Shown piece by piece: positions 24,240-35,826 of a stretch of DNA of 64,000 nucleotides; positions within the stretch are counted from its first letter, which is position 1; the number at the start of each line of letters is the position of its first letter. The translations under genes and the position numbers were made by a program. The stretch comes from Haliotis cracherodii. Lineage: Eukaryota. Where the stretch lies: positions 46,562,001 to 46,626,000 of the forward strand of contig NW_027266264.1 in the NCBI RefSeq assembly GCF_022045235.1. Direction: 5' to 3'. The notes under the pieces are model-generated. The model had not been told where the DNA came from. It worked only from the letters and a program-made list of their open reading frames with translations, and searched no databases.

Positions 24240-25708
24240 TACTGAACAACAAAAGTTCCTGTGACATTGAATAAGATTTAATGCAAAGTTATGTTTTTTA
24301 TCAAATCTGAAACAATTTCGGTTTGCAACAGATAAAAGATTCCTGTAAGTGTTCAAATGGTTTAATTTACCATACTGACTTCAGAAAATGCGTGATTTCA
24401 TAAAAAAACCCAATGAACATGCCAAAATGTCAATTTACAAATCAATAACGTGTGTGTCCACCTCTGGTTGCGATGCAAGTAACACATCTTCGTCTCATGG
24501 AATGGACCAGGCGTCGCACAAAGTTCTGATGGATATCTATCCATATCTGCTGGAGCATGTTTCGAAGTTCCCGGAGTGTCTGTGGTTGACGTCGAAGGCG
24601 CCGATCCATCTTATCCCACATGTGCTCGATTGGTGAGAGATCAGGGGAGCGAGCCGGCCATTTCACGTTGTTTTGTTGAAGAGAATCCTGAACAAGTCGA
24701 GCAATTTGAGATAATGCCTGGGCCATGACGACGCAAAAACGGTAGAACAACAGGGCAGATGATCTCGTCGCGGTAGCGCTGTCCATTGAGATTTCCCTCT
24801 ACCACTATCAAACGGGTCCTCTGTCTTGCTGTAATCCCACCCAATACCATAACGCTGCCGCCCCCGAATCGATCTTCTTCCATGACACAATGGTTGACGT
24901 AACGTTCACCTCGACGTCCGTACACTCGAATCCGTCCATCTCTGTGGCTGAGGTGAAAACGAGACTCGTCAGTGAATAGAACTTGTCCCCACTGTATGGC
25001 CGTCCAGTGTTGACCCTGTCTGCACCACTGTAGACGTGCTTGATGGAGGTTTCCTGTCAAAAAGGGACGTGTGGCGGGTCTTCTGGCGACAACCCCTGCA
25101 CATCTGAGGCGACGACGTACGGTTTGTGAAGATATTCGTCGAAGGCCAGGGATGCTTCTTGCAGTCACTATTGCTGGCTGGAATCGATTTCGTAGGTGTG
25201 TTGTTCGAATTCAGTTGTCTTGTCGATTATTGGTTACGCGTGGCCTGCCACTCCGAGGATGGTCTCTGACTGCCTACGTCTGTTGCCAACGTTGCCATAA
25301 ACACCAAATGGTGTTTCTGTGGACGTTACATTGTCTTGCAACATCACGTTGACTCGATCCTGCTTCAAGCATACCAATGGCTCGCAGGCGCTCATTTTCG
25401 GACAGGCGTGGTATTTCGAAATGTTGAATAATTGCGTAATTTTGTTGTTTTTCTTAGTGGTTGTCAGCACGATGCTAAATAATGCATATGGAATCCCGTT
25501 AACGCACATTTTTTTATACCAATCCTTGGTAGTTAAATGCATGGGTTTTTTATAAAAGTCAACTTTTGCATGGAATGCATGCTTTTCTGCAGCAGTTGCA
25601 TTTTTGTGACTTGATTCCATACATGTACTACAATATTCAAAACCAAACTTTACTTGTTTGAAAAATACACTAAAATATTGGTGTCACAGGGACTTTTGAT
25701 GTTGAGTA
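24240..25708 (-). mobile_element. Full-length but defective Tc1-like transposon with 27-bp TIRs and TA TSD
   Basis: TIRs tactgaacaacaaaagttcctgtgaca / tgtcacagggacttttgatgttgagta (24/27 match) flanked by TA. Transposase pieces 'ISSQTVRRRL', 'VLFTDESRF', 'WPARSPDLSPIEHMWD'. The second-Asp motif is deleted with a frameshift. Confidence 0.92.
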
Positions 25709-26221
25709 TATATGTTTGTATTTAGAAAAAAAGTACGATCCGACCTGGAAACATGGAAACGTGTGGGATTCACCTTGTTAAATATCTAGGATCAAGATCA
25801 AGGTGTTCTACAAGGTAGCATATTATCAGTAACGTGGTTTAGCATAAAAAAATAATAGTTTATCTAAATGACTCTATTGACGAGTCTTTGTTTGTCGATC
25901 ATTTTAATATATCATGTCGTGGTTGGCTTTTACATGGAGCCTCTATATACTAATTAGCACAACACCATCCACCTGTGAAGAGCCTTCGCTCAAATCAGGT
26001 GTTTATTAGGAGAATATTATACCGATATTTGAATGAGCCCCGGGATAACAATATCGATTATCTTGACAGTTCATTACCATCGAGTAAGATACTCGTCTTA
26101 GTGGAAGCTTTACGTAGGTGAGGACATATCAAATTACAAGCTCATCGCGCCTTAGTCGTCATTTGTTTCTGAAACGTGACACAAATGTTTGTTCTGATGA
26201 AAGACAAATACACGTGGCAGA

Positions 26222-26314
26222 TAAGGATCACCTGATTCTTTCATATTACAATAGTTATTCTCTCATGCCATGACAGATTAACATTACCAATATGAAAGAA
26301 TCGGGTGATCCTTA
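26222..26314. repeat. Short inverted repeat / tiny MITE-like hairpin (26-bp arms)
   Basis: taaggatcacctgattctttcatatt ... aatatgaaagaatcgggtgatcctta, with one G-T wobble. Confidence 0.85.
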
Positions 26315-26449
26315 ACTTCTTTTGAGTAGTATATTATCGAAAGTTCTGAACAAATCCCCCACTAAGTGCACCACTGTGGAAGAGTTCCTATATGATTTCC
26401 AAAAGCAACAATTCGTTCAAATAAACTTCCTGGGCTATGAGTCATAGTA

Positions 26450-27068
26450 CAGTACATGTTACTTGTATCATCTTACATTCTACCCTCCCTAATTGAATAC
26501 ATGTTACTTGTATACATATTACATTCTACCCTCCCTAACTGAATACATGTTACTTGTATACATCTTACATTCTACCCTCCCTAATTGAATACATGTTACT
26601 TGTATACATATTACATTCTACCCACACTAGCTCAATACGTGTTACTTGTATCATCTTACATTCTACCCTCCCTAACTCAATACATGTTACTTGTATCATC
26701 TTACATTCTACCCACCCTAGCTCAATACGTGTTACTTGTATCATCTTACATTCTACCCTCCCTAGCTCAATACATGTTACTTGTATACATATTACATTCT
26801 ACCCACCCTAGCTCAATACATGTTACTTGTATCATCTTACATTCTACCCTCCCTAACTGAATACATGTTACTTGTACACATATTACATTCTACCCTCCCT
26901 AATTGGATACATGTTACTTGTATCATCTTACATTCTACCAACACTAGCTCAATACATGTTACTTGTATCATCTTACATTCTACCCTCCCTAACTGAATAC
27001 ATGTTACTTGTATCATCTTACATTCTACCCTCCCTAGCTCAATATATGTTATTTCTATCATCTTACAT
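26450..27068. repeat. ~45-bp minisatellite, ~14 copies
   Basis: Unit tacatgttacttgtatcatcttacattctaccctccctaactcaa. Confidence 0.95.
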
Positions 27069-27229
27069 GTGTGTCTCCAAGTTTCAGAATCAAGTATTAT
27101 AGTAATTCCAACTTGAGTCACGTCAGTCATGTTTGCGGTCGTCATCGTAGGTTATATATAGCCTCTATAACACTATATATCTTAACCTGATAAGTTTCCC
27201 CCTCTTCTGAATCCACCAACATCAGAGTT

Positions 27230-28020
27230 TTAGTTTGATTATTCCCCACATATCTGCATTAGAATCTAACACATTATCTGACGCTGTAAACCACATGTAT
27301 TAACCAAACAGAATTACATCGTCAACATTACACTATTATTACATCCACTATATCTTGGAAGGATTGAACTAACTCGCTTATAAATAGTCATAAATTCACC
27401 CTTGCCTAAACCAAAATGGATAATCAAAATAATCTGTGCTATCTGTGTAACATATATCTAACACATGCTTTAACTGATATGTGTACATTTTGTAAAGCCC
27501 TGAGCATTTGGAAATATTTTGGTTATGTCATTGGAAGAATAAGGTCGACAGGTATCTAAGGCCATTTTTAAAGTGCATAAAAACAACACACAGTTTCTTC
27601 TTATTACACAGACATTTTGAATAATTGCACATAAGGTACAAATATGATCCATAGTCGAAATGTATGGTTTTCAGAAGTTTTACTCGTAATATCTGCCCAT
27701 TTTTGTACGTCTGTCATTTATTACACAGTTCTAAATTTTACCTCGCGAACTGAGTGAAGATATTCCTTTGTAATTATCGGAATCATTTGTATCACCCTTC
27801 TAGTCAACGGGATAATAATTACCTGATGAAATGAAACCATCTGTTGTTTTGAATATTATTGAAGTTTTCCGTGTATGTGGAACACGCCTTAACGCTTTCC
27901 AAATAGCAACTGAATTAGTTCTAGTTGCATGAAACATTTGTCCTATGTTCCACTGGGGCTCACGTTTCCTGTATCTAAAGGTACGCTTGTATTTGTTTCC
28001 CAACTCACAGTTTTGTATTC
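27230..28020 (-). mobile_element. Degenerate LINE RT-region fragment
   Basis: Minus-strand pieces 'KGDTND.DNY.GI', 'STMDHICTLCAIIQ' and a CA-V-DF-like segment, heavily frameshifted. Confidence 0.55.
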
Positions 28021-28079
28021 TGTGAGTAGAACTGTTGCATTTGTATGTGTTTTGACTGTTTTCTATGGAAGTATGGTCG

Positions 28080-28595
28080 ATCAGACCCTAAACTAATAGC
28101 TTTGTGTTAGGGGGGTCCCAGTTATTAAGAACATTACAAAATAGCTTGTAAACCACAGATCCTAAACTAATAGCTCTGTGTTAATCGGGTCCCGGTTATT
28201 AGGAACATTACAAAATAGCTTGTTAACCACAGATCCTAAACTAATAGCTCTGTGTTAATCGGGTCCCGGTTATTAGGAACATTACTAAATAGCTTGTAAA
28301 CCACAGATCCTAAACTAATAGCTCTGTGTTAATCGGGTCCCGGTTATTAGGAACATTACAAAATAACTTGTAAACCACAGATCCTAAACTAATAGCTCTG
28401 TGTTAATCGGGTCCCGGGTATTAGGAACATTACAAAATAGCATGTAGACCACAGATCTTGGAGTAATAGATCTGCATAAAAGAGGGTCTTAGTTATTAGG
28501 AACATTACGATATAGCTTGTCAGCCCCAGATCCTAGACGAATAGCACTGTTTCAAAGAAGGTCAGAGTTATTAAGGGCATTACAAAATAGCTTGA
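28080..28595. repeat. 74-bp tandem repeat, ~7 copies
   Basis: gatcctaaactaatagctctgtgttaatcgggtcccggttattaggaacattac... starts at 28158, 28232, 28306 and 28380, with degenerate outer copies. Confidence 0.93.
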
Positions 28596-30089
28596 CTATT
28601 AAACGAAAATTATGAATTATGCACTAAAATCGTCCACATCTTTAACATATTGAATTTGAACGGTTAATTACAATGCTTTCAAAAAGTTTTTTGCCTACCA
28701 GACCGTGAATAGTATGTAAATGATTAGTGAGGGCATACAAATGGCGAACACATTTCAACAGTCATATCTTACAGAACATGTATCAACAAAAACATTTTGT
28801 AATAAATACACGCAGAGACAAAGAATAATAATTTCATACCAATTCATATCTGTTTATTTAACAGATGTAAATATATCATTTTATTCAAACAGTGTGCATA
28901 ACAATCTAAAATAATCATGCTAGATTAAGGAACACAAGGTAGGAAACGTGCTAAAACACGATGCATGTACAGGCAACACAGATTTTAAATATTTGTTGGA
29001 ATGAGATTACAGGTACAAACTAGATGAAAATGGTCTTATTCATGAATTTAGCCTCCGGTGTTTCCAGCAATGTCCAAACGACAATTTTGTCACATAGGGC
29101 TCAGGCTCACCCGTTTGACCAGAAAACCCTTTGTGAGTTTATTAGTAGGGTCTAAAAGCTGTAGCACTGGCCATTCTCGCTCACTTTGTCATTAATCCTG
29201 TTTATCCAATGCATTACCACCGAAGCACACCCGTCTTTAGTCTGTGAATTATCCCCCCTTGGGGGAGGGCCATATTTTCTAATGTTTGCACAAAATTTGT
29301 AACTGCATTACTGCGTTAATTGTCTGTCATTGTTACTATGCAAACATCCCGTGGGTCGTATTGAGTGTTTGGGTTGGGGTATTAAATGAGGTCAATATGT
29401 GTGTTTGGACGCGGAAAGGGCGTTTTTAGAATGGTCATTTTATGTAGAAAGTCGGGAACACTCGCAAAATATGTATTCGGCAGATGTCAATATTGAATCC
29501 AAACTGAAACGTTTTCACGCGATAGTAGTCCCCAAGAAAAGATTATAAATTAGTTATTGTTTCCTACTGTCATTATGAGCTCACTGTTTAAATGATAATG
29601 TCCCTCCTAGAGAAATATATTCATAAGCATATAAACAGTTTAAGCACTTGGCTAACATTGATATATCTAACATCGCACAAGAGATGTGTGTCGTGTACGA
29701 GCACAGCAGTGTTGTTTGTACAACTAGTATAACGTGCAGTAATGTGGTATTTTTGCACTGCAGTCATTGTCTGTTTGTCATCTCTTATAGTATGATACAT
29801 TCATCACGTTATTTCCCAACAATGTGTGTCACATATCAAATCAAGATATGCAAAATGACAACATGGACTAGTAAAACATTGTAATAGTTAAACACTTGAC
29901 TTACCTTTACATGTATGTGTGACCGGTGCGACCAGTGGGATAGGATTGGTTCACATTTTCGCGAACGTCTGATACGATCACTGTTTGATAGTGCGTCATA
30001 AACACGTGCTGATGACATAGTCGTACAGTTGACTCTGCTTTTAGCAAATACTTTTTGTGTATTTTTAAATGATTGTGTCGATTTTATTT

Positions 30090-31062
30090 GCAGACACAGG
30101 GAGGGAAGACAGACACAGGGAAGGAAGTCAGGCACAGGGAGGGAAGGGGGCACATGGAGGGAAAGAAGACACAAGGAGGGAAGACAGACACACAGGGAGG
30201 GAAGACAGGCACAGGGAGGGAAGGGGGCACATGGAAGGAAAGCAGACACAAGGAGGGAAAACAGACACACAGGAGGAAAGACAGACATAGGGAGGGAAGG
30301 CAGGCACAGGGAGGGAAGACAGACACAGGAAAACAAGACAGACACAGGGAGGGAAGACAGACACAGGGAGGGAAGACAAACATGGGAAGAGAAGATGGAC
30401 ACAGGGAAAGGCAGAAACAGGGAGGGAAGACAGACACATGGAGGAAAGACAGACACAGGGAGGAAAGACAGACATAGGGAGGGAAGGCAGGCACAGGGAG
30501 GGAAGACAGACACAGGAAAACAAGACAGACACAGGGAGGGAAGACAGACACAGGGAGGGAAGACAGACACATGGAGGAAAGACAGACATAAGGAAGGAGG
30601 GCAGACACAGGGAGGAAAGACAGACACAGGGAGGAAAGACAGACACATAGAGGGAAGGCAGACACAAGGAGGGAAGACAGACACAGTCAGGGAAGACAGA
30701 CACAGGGAGGAAAGACAGACACAGGGAGGAAAGACAGACACAGGGAGGAAAGACAGACACAGGGAGGAAAGACAGACACAGGGAGGAAAGACAGACACAG
30801 GGAGGAAAGGCAGACACAAGGAGGGAAGACAGACACACCGGGAGGAAAGACAGACACAGGGAGGGAAGACAGACACAGGGAGGAAAGACAGACACAGGGA
30901 GGAAAGACAGACACAGGGAGGGAAGACAGACACAGGGAGGGAAGACAAACATGGAAGAGAAGATGGAGACAGGGAGGAAATGCAGAAACAGTGACGAAAC
31001 ACAGGGAGGAAAGACAGACACAGTGAGGGAAGGCAGGCACAGGGAGGGAAGACAGACACAAG
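30090..31062. repeat. Purine-rich 19-bp minisatellite
   Basis: Unit gacagacacagggagg(a/g)aa with very few T on the + strand. This composition explains the long spurious ORFs on both strands. Confidence 0.95.
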
Positions 31063-31719
31063 GATGGATGACAGACTCAGGGATAAATTTCTGATTGAGT
31101 CATGGGAAAACTATGACAAGGAGTGCCTAAAACCTTAGAAAAACACAGACTTTCTCCGAGCAATGTCCTAATTATATCTGACAATAGCTCACCTGGGAGC
31201 TTAATTACAGGTAAGAGATGCTAGACGGTCGAGTGGTCACGTCGCTGAAGGATTGCTGATGACTAAGTGAAACGGAACAGAGGTGATAATTGACTTATCG
31301 CGTTGGTAGCATTTGTGATAATGGAATCATCACGGTTTTAATAGAACTGCTAATTAACTGACAGAGTGTTGATTGAAGAAAAAAAAAGAAGAAATTTTTT
31401 TGATAATAGTTGATATCACTGCTCAGGCGCCTGATTTAACATGTCTGCATAAATTGGTAAAAAGAATTAAACTGCCGGGTTAAAGAAACTACACGCTTGA
31501 AAATTGGATTTGACAAAAAATAATTACAGACGTTATGAAAACGTTGCTAGGATGAAAACAGTAGGGGTAGGGGCTGGGAGTTTGTATCAAGTTCTTTTTT
31601 GCATGCGCTTTATTCTTCTTAAAGAAGAACACCTTGCAACAGTGTTATTTTTGTGGCTGGCAATTTCTTTTTTTTTCAACTGTCTGAAGCATAATTATTT
31701 TTGACTGTTTGGAAACAAT

Positions 31720-32524
31720 TTATTTTTTTCATAAAATCCTAGTTTATTTGGTTAAATGCATACCGTCAGAGACATTTAGGTCTAAACTATTAAGCAAAGC
31801 CAAAACATTGTTTACCCAGGATTTTACGGAATTTTGTAGACCATTTACTAATCCAACAAAGAAGTCTATATGGATCGACCGCTTGAATTCGCCGCCCAAA
31901 ACGAAATATTTCAATATGCTGTTTTGTAAGTGGGCTTGTCCATCCCATTTCGCCGCGGACTGATACATTTGGAGTTTTGTTATTAACCGCAAGGAAGAAA
32001 CGAGCAGCTCTGTTTTGAACAGAATTAATACAGCTGAATTGCTTGAGGCCCCAGATAGCCGAACCGTACGAAAGTATAGGCTGGACAAGATTATCATACA
32101 GTTTATTAACAACTGTAAATGACATACCACCCGTTAATTTAAAGATAAGAGCACCAAGAGCACTATTTGCTGATTTGGCCAATTCCTTAACAGAATAATT
32201 AATATCCAAATGCTCATGAAGCCAAACTTTTAAATATTTATAGGCGTTAATAATGCCAATGTGAGAAGAGCCAATAGCAACGATTATTTCCGATCTTTTA
32301 ACAGATCGGGGCCTGAAATGAACAACCTTAGTTTTTTTCATAGTTACTTTTAAACGCCATTGTGCTCCCCAGCGAGAGACACAGTCTAACATACGCTGTA
32401 AGGAAATGTCGTCTGGAGCAATCAAAGCTACGTCGTCCGCGTACAGTAACATATTTAACATATTATCGCCTACCTGAATACCATATTTAAGTTTATTAAT
32501 TTTACAATAAGCTCTCAAAGTCAA
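31720..32524 (-). mobile_element. LINE (L2/CR1-like) RT C-terminal fragment
   Basis: ORF 31790-32524 with 'MLLYADDVALIA...LQRMLD...KTKVVHF...YKYL...YGSAIWG'. Confidence 0.88.
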
Positions 32525-34445
32525 AGTTTGTCAAGTCTTCCGCCTGAAATATATTGCCACACTTTGTCAAATCTAATGGTAGAAGTTCAGATAGATAAGT
32601 ATTCCATCTATTAATACACGATAAACGTTCCCATATAATGCGAATTTGTGGTTTTAATTAAGACATTACGTTTATTTGATGAACGTAAAGTTGTAGCAGG
32701 CTGTCAGTCTCCAGGGCTATATCTGTCATCTTCATGGTTGAACTACTGCTATCTAATCATAAGTAGTACAATACAAACACGTGATTTACAGGAAGTATCT
32801 AGCAGTAGGGTGATTCCACCTATAGAGCTCTCTTTAGGTTATAATTACAAGTGCCAAGTATTAATGGGGACATGTATATAAACTTAGATAGTTTAAAAAC
32901 AGATTACATTTAAGTTCCTCTTCTTAATTATGGTAACATAATCTACATCTAAATATGTAGATTTACTTTTATTCCAATATTACCGAAAATAACAAGGATC
33001 TTTCATCGTTTCACTACAGCACGGCGTGAAGGGGATAGGAATAATCATTGCATATTATTTTATTTTATCATCCTTATTTTATCCTTGTATTGTACATGAC
33101 TATATTCCAAATTATATTTGACATACCTCAAAAACGAGGGTTGAAAAGAACGTCTTAGACAATTATTAATTTATTACACAATACATTTCTCTCCTCTAGA
33201 ATTGAAGCAAATTATTTCCTGAAATAATGTTCCTGATGCTGATTTCATAATAGAATTCATGTGGAATAGAGCTGGCTAGACTTGCGTTTATATATATCTT
33301 GATTGGTTTTGTTTTCAGAAATTACAAATATTCCACAGTCATGGTGCGTGACTAACTAAATAAGGTTTAGTTGTGTTATCTATTGTGGCTGTGATGTATG
33401 CGTCTTTGCATTGTGCATCCCAGGTTTGTATCCTCATTTCCCTTTTATCCCCTACGTTGCAAGATTTGTCCACCAGGAGATGCGTCAAATCCGTAAAGAC
33501 AGTAATCTTAATCAACTTAATATATCAGAAACAAATTTATATCCAATTACACTCATTGTTAATGTTGTGGCCAATTCATTTATTGTATATATTAGTATGA
33601 TCTTATATTCTATTTTTCACATATATTTCTCTTAATTCATTATAAAATATGTTATGTTCTATATTCTGTATTATTCTCGTGTGTACCTATGGAACCTTTC
33701 TCTATGTCGCTGTATTGACTTTTGATAAGAAACTTCTGTTCTGTTCTTTGAAACGTTTATTGAATTGAATAGCAGGTGTGCACATGTATGTTTCTGAATG
33801 AGCATTTCTTGGTAGCAAATGATAATATGTGTAAAAATCTTGGACGCGACGTTAAACCCAATTTCACCTCACCTCACCTCATATGTGTAACTCCACATTA
33901 ATATACATTCTGCTACGAGGCTGGTCTGTATAGAAAACATCCGCGTATGGCCCGCAGTGAGTACAGATGAAACTAGCTTTCATGACAATTGACTCACGGT
34001 GATACTTGAACAAGGTACAAATGGTATATCACGAAATAAATATTGTATGTCGATATGTTAGATATCGGTATAACGCAATTCCCTTCTCATTTCACTATTA
34101 AATGAAAACGTCAGAGACAAATTGTTGGCTTCCAGCATGGATTTTAGAACACGACATATATTGCAATATAACAATTTTTATTGAAACTATTCATCAACGT
34201 AAAATGATGGAACAAAGAGACAGATAGAATATTACATACATATTGTCTTTGTCTTGCGTAATATTGCCAACTCAGTGTAGGTATTGTAATCTACACAAAC
34301 ACCACCCCACATATTTCCTGTAGTATATAGCACTTTCCACACATAGTTTAACACAGTTTGTGTTGATCATATCCCACATAACGATATGTGTATTAGTTTT
34401 TGAGACACAATGCAGCAACCAGAAGCTCCGTGACAAGCCAGAAAG

Positions 34446-35573
34446 TCAGGGAGATCCTGACGCCATTCTCAGATGCGGATAGGCGGAGTATTGTCCACAG
34501 GAGAAGTGTTGTTGTAGAGCCTGGTAGGTTGCGTGAGGGTGACCGTTTCCTGCAGTGGGTGTAGGGGTTGGTGGCATATAAGCCCCACCCAGAGGCGAGC
34601 TTCCTGGAGGAGAACTGGAGAGAGGGGAGCCGGTCAGTGAGCTGTTCATGCTGCTGGCGTTGTAGTAGCCAGTTGTAGGAGAGTAGCCTGTAGGAGATCC
34701 CATTGTCCAGGTACTAGGATCAGGTTTGCTTCCTATACTGTATTGCTGGGGCTGGGTGAGTCCCTGGGGAAGGGAGCCAAGACTCAGGGGATTAAGAGCA
34801 GGGTAGGGGGACGGGCCCCCGTAGAGACTGAAATGGCCATAAGAACTCACATGCTGAATAGTGGCGTCTTCTCGGCGTTGTCTGTGCGCCAGTTTGAAAC
34901 GTTTAGCACGACGAAGGAAACTGCCGTTACCGAACATGTCCCCACAAGATGGATGCAGAGCCCAATGGTTACCCTTGCCTGGTTTCCCCGGGGGTCGGGG
35001 CACCTTGACGAAACAGTCATTGAGGGAGAGGTTGTGTCTGATGGAGTTCTGCCATCTCTGTTGGTTCTCTTTGTAATATGGAAACCTCTTCATGATGAAA
35101 CTGTATATATCGTTGAGAGTCATCATACCAGTAGGAGAACTCTCGATGGCCATGGTAATCAATGCAATGTAGGAATAGGGAGGCTTGACATTTTCAGCAA
35201 AGCGTCGATTTTGTTGAGACAGAGTTGATGTACCTGAATATTCATCTGAATCCTCGTCTTCGTCGTTGTCGGAACACACTGACGGCGATGGTGATGACTG
35301 GTTGCTCTGATCGTTGTCAGGATGCCCATGTTGCAGCAGATTGTCGCGAGTGTCGTCTGTTCCAGGAGATACTTCTGATTTGACGTCTGTTATCCCTGTC
35401 GTCAGACCTGGCATCGGGGGAAGAGACAGTGAAGGCGTGTGTGGGGACAGGATGTACGCTCCTGACATGGGAGGCCCCTGCTGCACGGCATGCGACAACG
35501 ACATCATACAGGAGGACTTGTCGTCTGCGCCACCTCCATACTGGAACAGATTTGGGCCTTGATTCAGCAACAT
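34446..35573 (-). CDS. FoxAB: Forkhead box transcription factor, FoxAB-like, copy 1 (375 aa, intronless; most canonical copy)
   Basis: Full forkhead domain [28 protein letters not shown]...[51 protein letters not shown]. Mixed FoxA/FoxB-type residues and the [15 protein letters not shown] tail fit the FoxAB subfamily. The subfamily call is from recognition, not a tree. Confidence 0.85.
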   Translation of the reverse strand: MLLNQGPNLFQYGGGADDKSSCMMSLSHAVQQGPPMSGAYILSPHTPSLSLPPMPGLTTGITDVKSEVSPGTDDTRDNLLQHGHPDNDQSNQSSPSPSVCSDNDEDEDSDEYSGTSTLSQQNRRFAENVKPPYSYIALITMAIESSPTGMMTLNDIYSFIMKRFPYYKENQQRWQNSIRHNLSLNDCFVKVPRPPGKPGKGNHWALHPSCGDMFGNGSFLRRAKRFKLAHRQRREDATIQHVSSYGHFSLYGGPSPYPALNPLSLGSLPQGLTQPQQYSIGSKPDPSTWTMGSPTGYSPTTGYYNASSMNSSLTGSPLSSSPPGSSPLGGAYMPPTPTPTAGNGHPHATYQALQQHFSCGQYSAYPHLRMASGSP

Positions 35574-35660
35574 TCTCGTATGTTTTACAGATCAAATCTA
35601 ACCGATGTGAAGGATTTCACTTTCAAAACCCTGAGTGTTTGTCCCATCTACTCGCGACAC

Positions 35661-35826
35661 GGTTTATATCCCACATGGAATTAATCCACAAAATACACAA
35701 CTTCTGTACCCCCCTGTTCATAGATTAAGCCGCTATTGTTCGATAATCTGCTCCCAGCTACATCCAACCAATCGCAATCCAGTTACACCTTGTCCAGTCA
35801 TAATCTTGTTCCTCTGTTCTGATTGG
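35661..35826 (-). promoter_or_regulatory. Core promoter of Fox copy 1: TATA, TAATC sites, CCAAT
   Basis: TATAAA on the - strand at 35663-35668 (~90 bp before the ATG), TAATCC at 35682, TAATCT (-) near 35722, CCAAT (-) at 35822-35826. The same layout occurs in the other copies. Confidence 0.65.

Larger units (their letters stand above)
22560..25930 (+). mobile_element. Decayed LINE (I/Jockey-group-like) ORF2 fragments interrupted by two Tc1 insertions
   Basis: Collinear RT-region motifs: 'MSKVWNIVQRIKGK', 'FNSDNGEDYNE', 'LKHLPDSC..LLNIFNHIW..IVLTPKPGRDNTDPSSYKPISL..CVCKTLERMAN.RL', 'Q CG R..S..H..RLE'. After 25710 they continue as 'LEK.YD.TWKHG' and 'QGS.LS'. Confidence 0.8.

Noticed and set aside
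26554-27145. Repetitive ORFs (IHVTCIILHSTLP)n
   Set aside because: They are translations of the 45-bp minisatellite.
29836-31061. Long ORFs of 407, 321 and 297 aa on both strands
   Set aside because: They are translations of a 19-bp minisatellite whose composition lacks stop codons. There is no domain or other gene evidence.
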